DNA of 64,000 nt, taken from the NCBI GenBank assembly GCA_964035545.1, contig OZ037772.1, positions 1,426,001-1,490,000 of the forward strand. Direction: 5' to 3'. The DNA is from Bugula neritina (lineage: Eukaryota; Animalia; Bryozoa). The translations under genes and the position numbers were made by a program. Of the stretch, positions 53,067 to 64,000 are shown piece by piece (position 1 is the stretch's first letter; every line of letters starts with the position of its first letter). The notes under the pieces were generated by a model. That model was not told the DNA's origin and made no database searches. It saw nothing but the letters and a program-made list of their open reading frames with translations.

Positions 53067-53789
53067 ACTTATCAGCTACAGTCTACTAATAATCAGCTCA
53101 GTGAGGTACTGAGAGATAAATTGGATAATATTTGTCATCAACATAATTATATTCATTACAATTCATCAATACACACACTCTGTATTTATAGTTGGATATG
53201 AGATGTTTTACTGTATCAAATATATGTTGCTATTTTACCATCTAATAAAGTTTATTTGTTAGTGAAAACATAGTCTGTTTTCATGCCTCATTAGCTTTAG
53301 TTCAAGTTGAGTTTGGTTAGTAAAAATAATCTATACTGGAGCAGTAACTGTAAATGACTTGTTTGTGGGAGAATTTATTCACTGAATTGACATGCAGGTG
53401 CAAGTACCTCCAACATGACTAAGTAAATTTATTCCAACCATTCATAATAATATACATTCCATTGCTGTGTACAACAGCATTGAGTAGCCAATCAAATTGT
53501 TTCTTGTCACGCAATCAGGAATCTGATAAATAATATATAAGGCAATCAACTAGATATAAACACTGTATTACTCTACACATGAGCTGTCTATGATACAGCT
53601 GTTTTGTAAACTGTGTGTAATTTGATGAGTTTAGTTCAATTGGTTGCAGTTTAATTATGACATGTTCCCCATTCACCTGGTAGAAATACCTTGTGTGCAC
53701 AGACAAGTTGTAATGACTAACAGAAACTTTTTCAGTAGGTTCCAGTTCATCTTGAATATAATAGTACAGCTTGTTGTCATTTGGTCTCC

Positions 53790-54213
53790 ATAGTATTGAT
53801 GGTACACTACCTTGTTTGGCCTTAATATTATAGATGGTATATTACCTTGTTTGGCCTCAATAGTATTGTTGGTAGACTACCTTGTTTAGCCTCACTAGTA
53901 TTGATGGTACACTACCTTGTCTGGCCTTAATATTATAGATGGTACATTACCTTGTTTGGCCTCAATAGTGTTGATGGTACACTACCTTGTTTGGCCTCAA
54001 TAGTATTGGTGGTAGACTACCTTGTTTGGCCTCAATAGTATTGATGGTATACTACCTTGTTTAGCCTCAATAGTGTTGATGGTAGACTACCTTGTTTGGC
54101 CTCAATAGTATTGATGGTATACTACTTTGTTTGGCCCTAATAGTATAGATGGTACACTACCTTGTTTGGCCCTAATAGTATAGATGGTACACTACCTTGT
54201 TTGGCCTCAATAG
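53790..54213. repeat. 35-bp minisatellite
   Basis: Unit about CCTTGTTTGGCCTCAATAGTATTGATGGTACACTA, about 12 copies. Confidence 0.95.
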
Positions 54214-55944
54214 TCTTGCTAACAGCACAACTTACAAGATTCAACTAATTTAACTTGTTGAGATTAACATGAATATAATACATATGAAATGTGAAAATAG
54301 CATTAAAAGTCAAGCAAGGAATTCACATGTTGACACAATTATATACTTTCACTTGAAGGTAAGCTTGATGAACCAATATGAACTGTTCACAGAGTTTACT
54401 GTGTAGGATTTGCACCTAGAATATTTAGTTACATCAGAGCTAAGTGAAAAATCTAACAGTTGATTTATTCTGTTGAGTATTGATCTTATTACCCAACTTC
54501 ACCCTTTTTACTGTAGAGTTTGTTGATGTAAGTTCACTTAATTAAACTATTCTCATGCAAGGGGTGGGGGTGGAATATTATTGTGAATTTATGCTTTACT
54601 TGTTATTATAGGGTCTATTTAGGCAAAGCTATTTCACCAGGTTTGTGATTGCTAACACTTTATTCTATTTATTTCAAGATACTAATAAAACTGTACAACT
54701 ATCAAAAACACGTTCCATAATAAAAGAGAGAATATACAAGACTTTACAATAACAATTCCAAGTGCTCTCTGCCTGCTAGTCAAATAGACTAGGGCCCACT
54801 ACAAGTATTCAGCTCCGCCTACTACTAATTATTAACAGTCACTGATTGGCCATCACGATGGCACCATCACACTAGTTGATCTGCATGCTGCAAAATGCAT
54901 CATGTCCTCTAGTTAAAGTGTGTGCACGGAGTTATCATTTCGATATAATAACATAATATACAAAATCTCTGCAATATGCCACCTGGGATATCTGTATGAT
55001 AAACTTAACCAATCAACTAGCAGCATCTTCACTATTCAATGAAATTATCAAACTATATTATTTAACTGTAACATTATCCTAGTGAAACCTCTCAACTGTT
55101 CCTCCTATTCACTAATCATCAAATTATTCTCCTCTACCAAATCAATACATTGTGCAGACTCCATATTTAATCTCCTCTACATACAGTTTATATTCCAGCT
55201 ATCAGAGTCATGATTCTACATCACATGAATGTTCTCTACTTTAACAAGAGAATAGCCAACTATAAAAACCTGCTATAGCACACAATATAGCAACCTGTTA
55301 TAACATGACACACAGTACATCAATATTCATTCACTACACAAAATATCTCAATACACATAACAACTGGAGCTGCTGAAGTTCAATGGCTTATACAAGTTGA
55401 ATTGAACAAAACACTACGTTGTTCTTCAGCATATCAACTAGTATGAGTAGTGTGGAGAGATCTTTTATATATATAAAAACTTGTGTTTGAAGGAAATATT
55501 AAATTATATTATTCCTCTTAGCATCACATGTAGCATGAATATCAACTTATAGTTAGTGAGTTACTAGAAGTTTCTTTGTAACGGAAACCAGTCCGGGTTC
55601 CCCTGCAGTTCCATCTCAACGAGTCTGGCCTGAGCTGAGGTCACCGCATGATGACATCATTCACTAGGTTCTTCTTGGTGTCTGGAAATTTTCTACCAGT
55701 TACTCCAGTGACTGAAAATGAAGTACTAATACCAGTGACTCGGTCTCAAACTTACTTACTGAGTCATTGTGATTATTAGTTGATGACTTAATGTTTTAGT
55801 GAAGTTATAGTTATAGTTAACTTATAGTCCTACTGACACTAATAGCTAATGTGCCATTCAGTCTCATCTTCATTCTCAGTAATTGTAATACTGATATTAA
55901 GACTAACTAACGCCTAATGCTAAGTTCAACTACTAATTATTACA

Positions 55945-56035
55945 CTACTAGTACTACTACTACTACTAGAAGTAGTGGTGGTGGCGGTAGCGGTAGCAGT
56001 AGTAATGGGAGTACTAGTATTATTAGTAGTAGTAT

Positions 56036-56077
<42 letters not shown>

Positions 56078-56114
56078 TAGTACTAGTAGTAGTAGTAGTA
56101 GTATTAGTAGTAGT
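55945..56114. repeat. (TAG)n/(CTA)n microsatellite
   Basis: Direct reading. Confidence 0.9.
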
Positions 56115-56695
56115 ATGACAGCGCTTCTTCATAGGATCTGCCAGTCACCCAGTAGTTGTTGTCACTAAACTATGTAAAATATATAGAGGTTAAAAGGTCA
56201 CTAAACTATGTGAAATATATAGAGGTCAAGAGGTCACCAGACTATCACCAACTTTCCATGTACCAATCTCAGATCGATCTCAGCGAGATCGATCCATGGA
56301 AAGACGCCAAAGATCGATCTCCGTCGATCTGAGCTGGTCGGTCTGTGGAGCTCGAACTCAGATCGATCTCATGTCAATAAGACCATGGAAAGACACCAGA
56401 TCGACCTGAGAAGTAGAAAAAGACTGCGTGCTACAATGTTGTCTGCTAATAAAAATGATAACTTATTGATAATTACTAAGCAAAGTATTAAATAATCATG
56501 ATAGCCGCCTTTTCAGATGCCAAAACTTTGACTTTCAGTACAATGATTAAGAAAACTCAATTATATGCAGAAGAAGGTAAAAAAAAATGGGAGAATTTAA
56601 ATTGAGTTCAAATGACTATATTAAAACTCAGTTTCATAAGCTATTTCCTTTGTAATTTTAAGCCTAACAGTCCTGTAAGTTTATTAATAATCTGC

Positions 56696-56892
56696 AAGGG
56701 CCACACCCACTCCCGAAAGGGCCACACCCACTCCAGAAAGGGCCACACCCACTCCAGAAAGGGTCACACCCACTCCAGAAAGGGTCACACCCACTCCAGA
56801 AATGGCCACACCCACTCCGGAAAGAGCCACACCCACTCTAGAAAGGCCACACCTACTACAGAAAGGGCCACACCCACTTCAGAAATGGCCAC
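56696..56892. repeat. 21-bp minisatellite
   Basis: Unit AAGGGCCACACCCACTCCAGA, about 9 copies. Confidence 0.95.
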
Positions 56893-57182
56893 ATTAGAGG
56901 GAATTCATAGTTTATCAACATAAACATAGTCTGTGGTAAATATTAGGTCTGTGCTAAACCCACTTGCTTTCTGTAAATAACACCAGACAAAATGAAGAAT
57001 GACTCATACCTCAGCCTTAGGTTGCCCCTGGATCTGCACAAAGTAGGCTGGTATTCTGTGCCCCCACCATAGCTGTCTGGAGATACACCAGCCCTTGGAG
57101 TTCCTCAGCCATTTGTACCAAGTGACTGTGTGATAGTCTGGTATGATCTTTAGCTTGCCTGATTCTACTACCTGCATTATAC

Positions 57183-57460
57183 ATTCTATACTATAGATAT
57201 ACTATGCTATAGATATACTATGCTATAGATATACTATACTATAGATATACTATGCTATAGATATACTATGCTATAGATATACTATGCTATAGATATACTA
57301 TGCTATAGACATACTATACAGTACTAATATATATACTACACAGTACCAATATATTATATACTATACACAGTACTAATATATATACTATACAGTACTAATA
57401 TATTATATACTATACAGTACTAATATATATACTACACAGTACTAATATATATATACTAAT
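57183..57460. repeat. Compound AT-rich minisatellite (16-bp, then about 21-bp units)
   Basis: CTATAGATATACTATG repeats followed by CAGTACTAATATATATACTA repeats. Confidence 0.9.
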
Positions 57461-57683
57461 TGTGAAACAGCCAAAATAGGAAAATAAGACCTTGTAGTGC
57501 AGTGAGCAAGGCAAGTTCAAGCCATACAACTTTAACATGTTGCATTACAGAAGAAAGACCTGCTTCATTTTGGTAAACAACTATAAGTAATATTGGGAGT
57601 TACGCCACCTATGAGTAACAACATGGAGTTGTGTTTCTTTTCATAAACGCAAAAAGGTAAAAATTACTTGTTTCTTCAAGGTA

Positions 57684-57806
57684 GCATAACTCCTAATTGT
57701 GTGACATATTTCTAAGTTGAAATGGTTTTTCCTTGCATTATATAATATATAATGCAAGGAAAAACCATATCAACTTAGAAATATGTCACACAATTAGGAG
57801 TTATGC
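57684..57806. repeat. 123-bp near-perfect palindrome
   Basis: 61-bp arms GCATAACTCCTAATTG...CCTTGCATTATATA with one mismatch around a 1-nt centre. Confidence 0.93.
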
Positions 57807-58029
57807 CGCCTCTTTGTCAAAAACACGGAATACAAGATTCACACACCAAACAGTACTCAGTGCTATATGAATAGACTCCAATATAGTTCTCCCTCCGTAT
57901 CTCAGTAAGCTGAGAGACCTGACACCTCAATTCATGACACAGTAGAATTCTTACCTTAGCAGAATACCATATTTAACACACGGATCTGTTAAATTATTTT
58001 GTCCCTACACACAAAAGGCTTTGAAAACA

Positions 58030-58585
58030 CAGGACAACAGGTTATGAATATACAGGACAACGGGCTATGAATATACAGGACAACAGGCTATGAATATACC
58101 GGACAACAGGCTATGAATATACAGGACAACAGGCTATGAATATACAGGACAACAGGCTATAAATATACAGGACAACAGGCTATGAATATACAGGACAACA
58201 GGCTATGAATATACAGGACAACAGGCTATGGATATACAGGACAATAGGCTATGAATATACAGGACAACGGGCTATGAATATACAGGACAACGGGCTATGA
58301 ATATACAGGACAACAGGCTATGAATATACAAGACAACAGGCTATGAATATACAGGACAACAGGCTATGAATATACAGGACAACAGGCTATGAATATACAG
58401 GACAACAGGCTATGAATATACAGGACAACAGGCTATGAACATACAGGACAACAGGCTATGAATATACAGGACAACAGGCTATGAATATACAGGACAACAG
58501 GCTATGAACATACAGGACAACAGGCTATGAATATACAGGACAACAGGCTATGAATATACAGGACAACAGGCTATGAATATACAGG
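58030..58585. repeat. 23-bp minisatellite
   Basis: Unit ACAGGACAACAGGCTATGAATAT, about 24 copies. Confidence 0.97.
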
Positions 58586-59689
58586 AAACAGAGCACCTGT
58601 CCCAAACTCCATCTCCACAAAGTCGTCAGCCACAATAGGTATTCTCCTGTCAGCAAAAAGATGTCTCACAAATTTCCCGTGTAAGTGTTTGTATCGGCCG
58701 TCTTCAGGGTGGACAGCCACGGCAGTGTCACCTACAATAGTTACCAGACTTTATAGTCTCTCACAGTATTGAGTATTGATATACAATTATATATTTACTG
58801 AGTGTTTACCAGATCCAACTTCACAGTCACTATACTCAGAGTACACAACTCCCAGTAAGTTAGTATCAAGCTAATTAACCACTAACCCCTTATTCACACT
58901 TACCGTATCGTATCGTAACAGCAAATATCAGCCATTTTTACAAATGTCTGAGCTTCCTGTACGGTGTTGCGGTACGGTAGGATCAAGCACTGCTTGATTC
59001 AAATAAGTTGCGGCGGACTCCTATTGGACAGAAAAACTTTTGCGTTAATTCATTGGATATAAATGTCTAATGTAGCGTCATAGATCGTACCTAATAGCGG
59101 ACTTTGAAAACTTCAACCCGCACCTTAAACCAAAATGGAATAATAGAATTAAAAAATTTAGGCTATCTCAAGTTCTCCACTACTGCTCCTAAGTGAGAAT
59201 AGTTAGAGAAATCTACTCGAGTTACTTCAATTGGCAGCAAGAGTCAGCCATTATTACGTTGCTAAGCAACAAAGCTATTAGTGACATTGATGTCTACTAA
59301 CCCAACATAGTTTCTAATCTAGTTGTGGCCACAATAATCTTTTCGTCAGAATCTTCTACTTTATATGCAAAGGAAAGGAGAATTTCGAACTCCACCTTCT
59401 CCTTGTAGCCAGGCACAGAGAGCATAGTCCTTCCTGTCAACTCTACTTTGTCTACCTGCAATCAGTGATACAACTCTCTCAGACTATACAGGTCAAAGGT
59501 TAAACTGTAGTGTGTGCTTCTGAGTCACTGTGTTCTCATTCTTTTCTATTAGTTCATATAATGTATATGAATGCTCGTACGAGTGAATATGTGGCTGTGG
59601 TCTCATTGATGTATTCATTCGAAGATAGTCATAATGTAATATATCAGGCTGTGTCTGAATACTACTATTAGGTTAGTTACTACCAACAC

Positions 59690-62600
59690 ACAAGTCTCGC
59701 AGTGAATAACCAGTTGACGTGCACACAGTCGGGAGTCAGACTTATACTGTACGATATACCTCAATATCAGAGAAGGCAGAGTTGAGAGTACAGGACCAGT
59801 TGACCAGTCGGTTAGCTCTGTAGATCACACCTTTCTCGTGCATTCTGATAAACGCTTTGTTCACCGCTTTCAAAGATTTCTAATAAACAATTATATATGA
59901 GTCATGTGTCAAGTGTGAACTGATTGGAGACCAGGCCTCATGATTAACCAATCATAGAGAGGATAACACACTGAGTCAGTAAACAGCCGACACGACATAT
60001 AGACTCCACTACTCAAACATAATATATGTATAGAGAGGATAACTCCTCACCTCATCCATAGTGAACGTAGTTCTGTCCCAGTCATAAGACCCGCCCACTT
60101 TCCTCAACTGATGGTAGATTCTGTCTTCTTTTCCATAGAAATTATATAATAACACTGACCAATCATTGTGCTGCAAAACTTAGTTATATTAGCAACTTAA
60201 ATAATGAGACCAATGATAGAGTGTGATGAAGTAAACCTATATTTAACTTTTTGTATATTCAATTATATATAAGAATTTCATCATATTGACGCTATTATAT
60301 TATCTTATATCAAACTGTAGCAACTGAACACCAATAAGATAAAATAAAAACTCAAACCCTAATACTAAGTCACTATGAAATGCATTTTCAAGATAAAATA
60401 TTCCCTTACTGGTTCTTCCATTCCCACACTCGTCTCACAAACTCATCTCGTCCCAAATCGTGTCGAGTTTTATTCTCTTCTCTAGCGAGTTTTTTCTCGA
60501 CGACAACTTGAGTGGCTATTCCTGCGTGGTCACATCCGGGTACAAACAGTGTCACCTTCCCATTCATCCGGTGCCTGACAATACAACAGAACTGACACCT
60601 GCAGACACCTGACAACACAAGCATATCAGACACCTAGAGATATTCTGGAAAGGTGCTGAAAGAAATATCTGTGGTTGAAACAACATCAATATAATAGATG
60701 AATGACTTATGCCAACCGGTACTTAACACAAATTTTATCAGCATTCAAAAAAGAATTAACAGGGGGATGTTCATAGCCTGTCTGTGGAACATCTCAAAGT
60801 GACTTGGCAAGATGCCAAAATGTCATGTAGTCACCACCAGAGGAATGGTGTCTACTGTTACATGCTATAAGCTACATACACCACCAGTTTAGTGACTAGG
60901 TAAGTACGGAGTTGTCTCATCTATATGAATGAACATCTCACCACCGAACTATCGCATCCTCAACTGCCCCCAATCACATCTCTCTCGGTTACAAAGTAAA
61001 AAGCAACCAATCACAGTACCTGTTACAACAGAGTAACAAATCACACCTCTACGTGTTAGAAGTAACCAATCACACATTATAGACTTTACTATGATGAGAA
61101 ATGTACCTTTGAGATTATACTCAGGTTTGAAGAATCCTTCCTTCTCCCACCAAGAGCACCAGGCAGCTTCCACATAAGACGGGGAATAAGAACCAGGCAT
61201 GGGACACGTCGTGTCTAGAATAACAGAAAACTATAAAGTATAGGGGAGCAGCTGTGGTCTAGGGGTTAGAGCGTTTGTCTAGTGAACACGAAGCCATTGT
61301 TTGACAAAGGCCATTGGTGACGTTAGAAAGAGCATCTAGTCATAATTGCTCCTGTGCCACATCTAAATAAGTCCTTAGCCTGTTTTAACAAAAATGCTTT
61401 CCACCAGGAGTCTCTCACAAGGTTGGTGACTATACCCTGATATCTAGATATACTAAGTTGAGACTTGTCTTCTACTGGTCCATACAGTTCAAATATGATA
61501 AACACATGTATAAATACAATAATCTATTCATAGCCCATAGTCTAACCACCAACAAGGACGAATAAATAAGACGTGGCCTGACACTACTACTACAACTTAT
61601 ATAACTTATACACAGCAGACTGTTAGGAGTATTTGAATCTGAGGCTATCCAATGTATGAGTAGGGCAGCCCTAAATGTAGGATATTGGAATACCATGTCT
61701 TATTACTTCAGTCTAAAGCAGTTCTTATACCTTCACGATTTTCAGTCAGAAATTCAATTTTGATGAGTTGCATTTCATTGTAAAAGCCAATCATCAAAAT
61801 TTTTGCTTTGTGCATGCTTAATCAAATAATTTTAGAGTAACAATCAAAGGGAATGATAACTCTTTTAGATATGGGGTATTCATGTTTATAATTACATCGG
61901 CTGTCTTTTTCAATTATCACTTTTATGCTGTCAACTTAATTTATTACGTTTTCAAAGGGCATCAAATAGTGATTAAGCGAGATATATTTGAGTATTGCAG
62001 AGTGAGCTTCCTTATTAATATGATTTCAACAATTTTAAGTAAGACTATAGCGGGGCGGGAAACACTAAACTCCTTTCAGTAAAGATAGAAACGCAACTTC
62101 AGTTTAAACTGCTTACACACATAACTGTGTGTTCACTACCGAGCAGTGTACACTGATAAATCAGTGCTATAACTGAAACTTGTAAGTAAAGGAATAAAGA
62201 GCTCAATTGAGTATAAAATGTAGAGAATAATTGAACTGAACCTTTCTTATGGCCAACTGGTGTGTCCACGTTATACGTTACTACAGCCTTCTCCTTTTTC
62301 TCTTTCACTTTTTTCTAGAAAAAAAAATCAAATTTGAAGAAAATAAAATGGAAATTGTTAACTACAGATAGACAACTTCCAGGTAAAAGTACAGCCATAC
62401 AGCCGCAATACGAATATGCAATTCAAGTAACACTTTCATGTAGAAGTACAACCATAAATATGAATAGAAAGTAACACAAATATATACATTTAGGAGCAGT
62501 AGTGTAGAAATCGAGATAGCCTAGGTTCTTAAATCTTATTATCAAATTTTGGTTTGAGGTTCGGGTTGAAATTCTGACAAGAACATAACTTCTTATGCTA

Positions 62601-64000
62601 CATTTCTAATCTAGAACACAGGCTTTCTCAATTTCTCCATTACTGCACCTACCTCAGTATATATAGAATCTGTAACTAACTAAACAGACACCTCAGTAGT
62701 CGTGGCAGACTCTGCCTTCTGTTTAGCCTGCTTAGCTTGAAACTTGGTTAACTTAGCAGCTTTAGCAGCTTCTTTCTTCAACTCTTTCTCAGATTTCACC
62801 TTGACCTCGCCAGTTGGCGCATCACCAGGGGTCACTTCCGACATGTTCGTTTATTGTGAGACTTTCCTTAAAACACAATCAGCCGGCATGGAACTAATAG
62901 ATATCTCAATACTAAACATACAAACTATTGACCCAGTATAGTTATAGACAGATATCTTAATACTAATAATATAAACTAATGGCTCAGTATTGCCTTAGTT
63001 ATGCGTGGGGGTTCAGTGATAAACGCCTAGAAACCACACAGTTCAATAATGAAAGACTGTGACTTTTCACGAACAGACATCTCATCTCTGATTCTGATGA
63101 AAAATCACAAAATTTTCAGACAAACGATACTGCATTTCAACTTTGGGACGATCACATAATAATAATCATTGTCATTTGAAAGATTCTGCTAAAATCAAAG
63201 TGCCGATGTTAATCACAAGGTCAACCATAAATGACTCAGTCTGATGACTGACGGTTATGCTTAATGATTAATTAGTAATATGAATAGATTGCAAGTGATC
63301 AGCATGATGATGGTGATGATTGCTTTTCACCATCAAAGGTCAAACTTTGTAATTGCAGCTTGAAATGTAAAATTTAATAATATTACTTTTATTTAATTAT
63401 ACAAGTATAACTTACTATCATAACAACATTCAACTTTATGTAGTCATTATAAACATGATAATGGTTTACCTTTTACTGCAGGTAATCATTATACTATTCA
63501 CGATTATAAATATAATTAATATAATTGTATTTATTGAAACTAAAATAATAAGGTAAACTAAATGAATTATCGACATGAGTGTGAGTATGAGTAAGCCACA
63601 ACTAGAAGGTGCAGCAGCAATTTGAGATCCCCGTTTGCAATACCTCATCAAAGATATAGAACAGGTGCAAAATAATGCAATCAGATTCATTGCTAAATTG
63701 AAAGGCAGAGACAGTATCACTGTGACGCGTGACAAACTAAACCTAGAATCTCTCCCCGACAGACGCTTCAAGCTGAGGCACAAGTTACTGTTGCGACTTC
63801 TATCTAATGAGGGAAATCAGGCATCTCTAACCAACTCCTATGAACTGATGGACAGTAAAACCTAAAATACTAGGTTTACTAAGGCATCAAGCAGGGACGA
63901 TCCCCAACCATTTTTGCAAAATCAGCAGCCTACTACAGCAGCTTCTTTCCAAAAACAGCCCGGGAGCTTAAATCTATGCTAAATAATTAGTCAATACACC
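59690..64000 (+). repeat. Segmental duplication, copy 2 (matches 1-4690)
   Basis: Colinear near-identity with private deletions. Confidence 0.97.
63590..63980 (+). mobile_element. Decayed LINE fragment, duplicate of 4280-4670
   Basis: Same translation, DIEQVQNNAIRFIAKL. Confidence 0.7.

Larger units (their letters stand above)
57010..62844 (-). pseudogene. VARS1: Valyl-tRNA synthetase 5' half, copy 2; pseudogene
   Basis: Exons from the ATG at 62844 through [10 protein letters not shown]|[15 protein letters not shown] to [16 protein letters not shown] (57010-57171). Lesions: a 113-bp deletion removes the HIGH motif at about 60971; acceptor AG>GG at 60134; no exons found for AVKITPAHD..QWYV or for the KMSKS half. 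Confidence 0.93.

Noticed and set aside
58030-58585. CRISPR-like regular repeats (also 53790-54213 and 56696-56892)
   Set aside because: Head-to-tail units with no unique spacers, in a eukaryotic context with no cas genes; these are minisatellites.

Overview
AT-rich, intron-rich animal (probably invertebrate) DNA with one gene that splices into an intact frame: a 7-exon, 619-aa RING/B-box/B-box/coiled-coil/beta-propeller TRIM (46083-53066, +). The other host genes are decayed fragments: two copies of the 5' part of valyl-tRNA synthetase about 59.7 kb apart, each broken by different lesions; a motor-less KIF14-like pseudogene; and a fibrillar collagen pseudogene whose last two exons are duplicated. 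A Ty3/Gypsy element (5' LTR, tRNA-Leu PBS, gag-TAG-pol in one frame) carries a third ORF in the env position encoding an acidic region, C2H2 zinc fingers, a basic region and a coiled coil, preceded by a TATA box. This is my best candidate for an undescribed system. A single Penelope-like retroelement with inverted ends and two hammerhead ribozymes sits in a (TA)n tract. It is split by a 7-kb CACAG-ended DNA transposon, which itself contains a hAT element. MITEs, LINE/SINE fragments and minisatellites fill the rest. All calls come from manual reading and translation; no database searches were run.
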